Virus record (IMG/VR): IMGVR_UViG_3300009983_000002
Reading direction: 5' to 3' (one strand)
Origin: a virus
Lineage: Duplodnaviria; Heunggongvirae; Uroviricota; Caudoviricetes
Length of the DNA: 64,000 bases
Part shown: positions 63,545 to 64,000 of the stretch, one piece after another
How the letters are laid out: each line of letters opens with the position of its first letter
Numbering within the stretch: position 1 is the first letter of the stretch
Position numbers and translations under genes: made by a program
The notes under the pieces: generated by a model
Database searches by the model: none
The model's input: the letters and a program-made list of their open reading frames with translations, nothing else
Told to the model about the DNA's origin: nothing

Positions 63545-63697
63545 ATGAGACCGATCCACGAAGTTATCCGCGCCAGCGCCCAGACCGCTCAAACCGAGCG
63601 CGCCAACTGGGAAGGCCGCACGGCGCAAGCCAAGTTTGAAGGCGCTGCCGCCGCTGATCGTCAAGCGGTCGCCTTTGGCAAGCGCAAGGCTCGCTAA
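63545..63697 (+). CDS. small protein with hairpin-TIR (50 aa)
   Basis: ATG preceded by ATCGGAAGGAGAAACCGAC. Confidence 0.35.
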   Translation: MRPIHEVIRASAQTAQTERANWEGRTAQAKFEGAAAADRQAVAFGKRKAR

Positions 63698-63876
63698 TGT
63701 ATCGCGTCATTCATAACCAATTCGCGAGCGCGTTAAAAGACGCCTCGCGGCCTTGGCTGGTAATCAGCCCCTACCGCGTAGCAGGCCGCTACGCCACGCA
63801 AGCCCAAGCGAACCGCCGGGCCCGCGATTTGAACAAGGAGTCAGGTCATGGGGAAGTCACGGCGCGGCGATGAGGG
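63697..63876 (+). CDS. small protein (59 aa)
   Basis: TAATG coupling. Confidence 0.3.
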
Positions 63877-64000
63877 ACGCGAAAAGGCCGCCAAGCTAGC
63901 CGCACGCGAGCTAGAGCGGCGCGAGAAACAAAAGCAACGCGAGCCCCGCGACTAACTCCCGCGCTAGGCTCAACTCCCGGGAAGGCCGCGCCGCAAGGTG

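Noticed and set aside
63810-63830. GATTTGAAC, which is reverse TTCAAATC and resembles a tRNA T-loop
   Set aside because: No flanking acceptor or anticodon stem structure found. It lies within a plausible small ORF.

Overview
The window is high-GC (about 60-62%), densely coded DNA with the gene content of a large, lytic-style dsDNA phage or prophage-like element whose codon usage resembles an alphaproteobacterial host.

Genes run in large strand blocks:
- 1-18.6 kb (minus strand): a nucleotide-metabolism and replication module. It holds a class II-like ribonucleotide reductase (truncated at the window edge), ThyX, a dNMP kinase, a Dda/RecD-like helicase, a Cas4/RecB-like nuclease, a DnaQ exonuclease, a family-A DNA polymerase, an N6-adenine methyltransferase, a YfbR-like HD 5'-deoxynucleotidase, an SNF2 helicase, peptide deformylase, and an rIIA/rIIB-like pair.
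- 18.8-40.0 kb (plus strand): starts at a divergent promoter region. It holds a split RNA-repair set (HAD phosphatase, Rnl1-like ligase, polynucleotide kinase), a short tyrosine recombinase, an HslV-like Ntn hydrolase, a large primase/SF3-helicase, a C5-cytosine methyltransferase, a UvrD-like helicase, and an Rnl2-like ligase.
- 40.0-56.2 kb (minus strand): an accessory block. It holds an ATP-dependent DNA ligase, a BCS1-like AAA ATPase, a PRTase-domain protein, a PTH2-like peptidyl-tRNA hydrolase, an SPFH/flotillin protein, a CoiA-like protein, many small membrane peptides and many unknowns.
- 56.7-59.7 kb (plus strand): a packaging module with a RuvC-like resolvase and small and large terminase subunits.

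The large terminase is followed by about 1.3 kb of repeat-rich non-coding DNA (several families of direct repeats and iterons). After it comes a lower-GC cluster of about 11 tiny genes that carry a conserved hairpin translation-initiation element.

Other notable signals:
- A strand-biased, about 20-fold over-represented 9/10-mer, TGCGTTGGGT.
- Three promoter-like regions sharing TTGACT, then about 25 nt, then an identical leader GGGCATCGAAGGAGATTTG.
- Iteron arrays (GTTACAT; TTAAGGTTAAC).
- Three distinct ATP-dependent ligases.
- Several translation and RNA-repair auxiliary genes.

No capsid, portal or tail genes were recognised in the window.

Several long track ORFs are antisense shadows of real genes and were rejected. 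All coordinates I derived by hand may be off by 1-3 nt.
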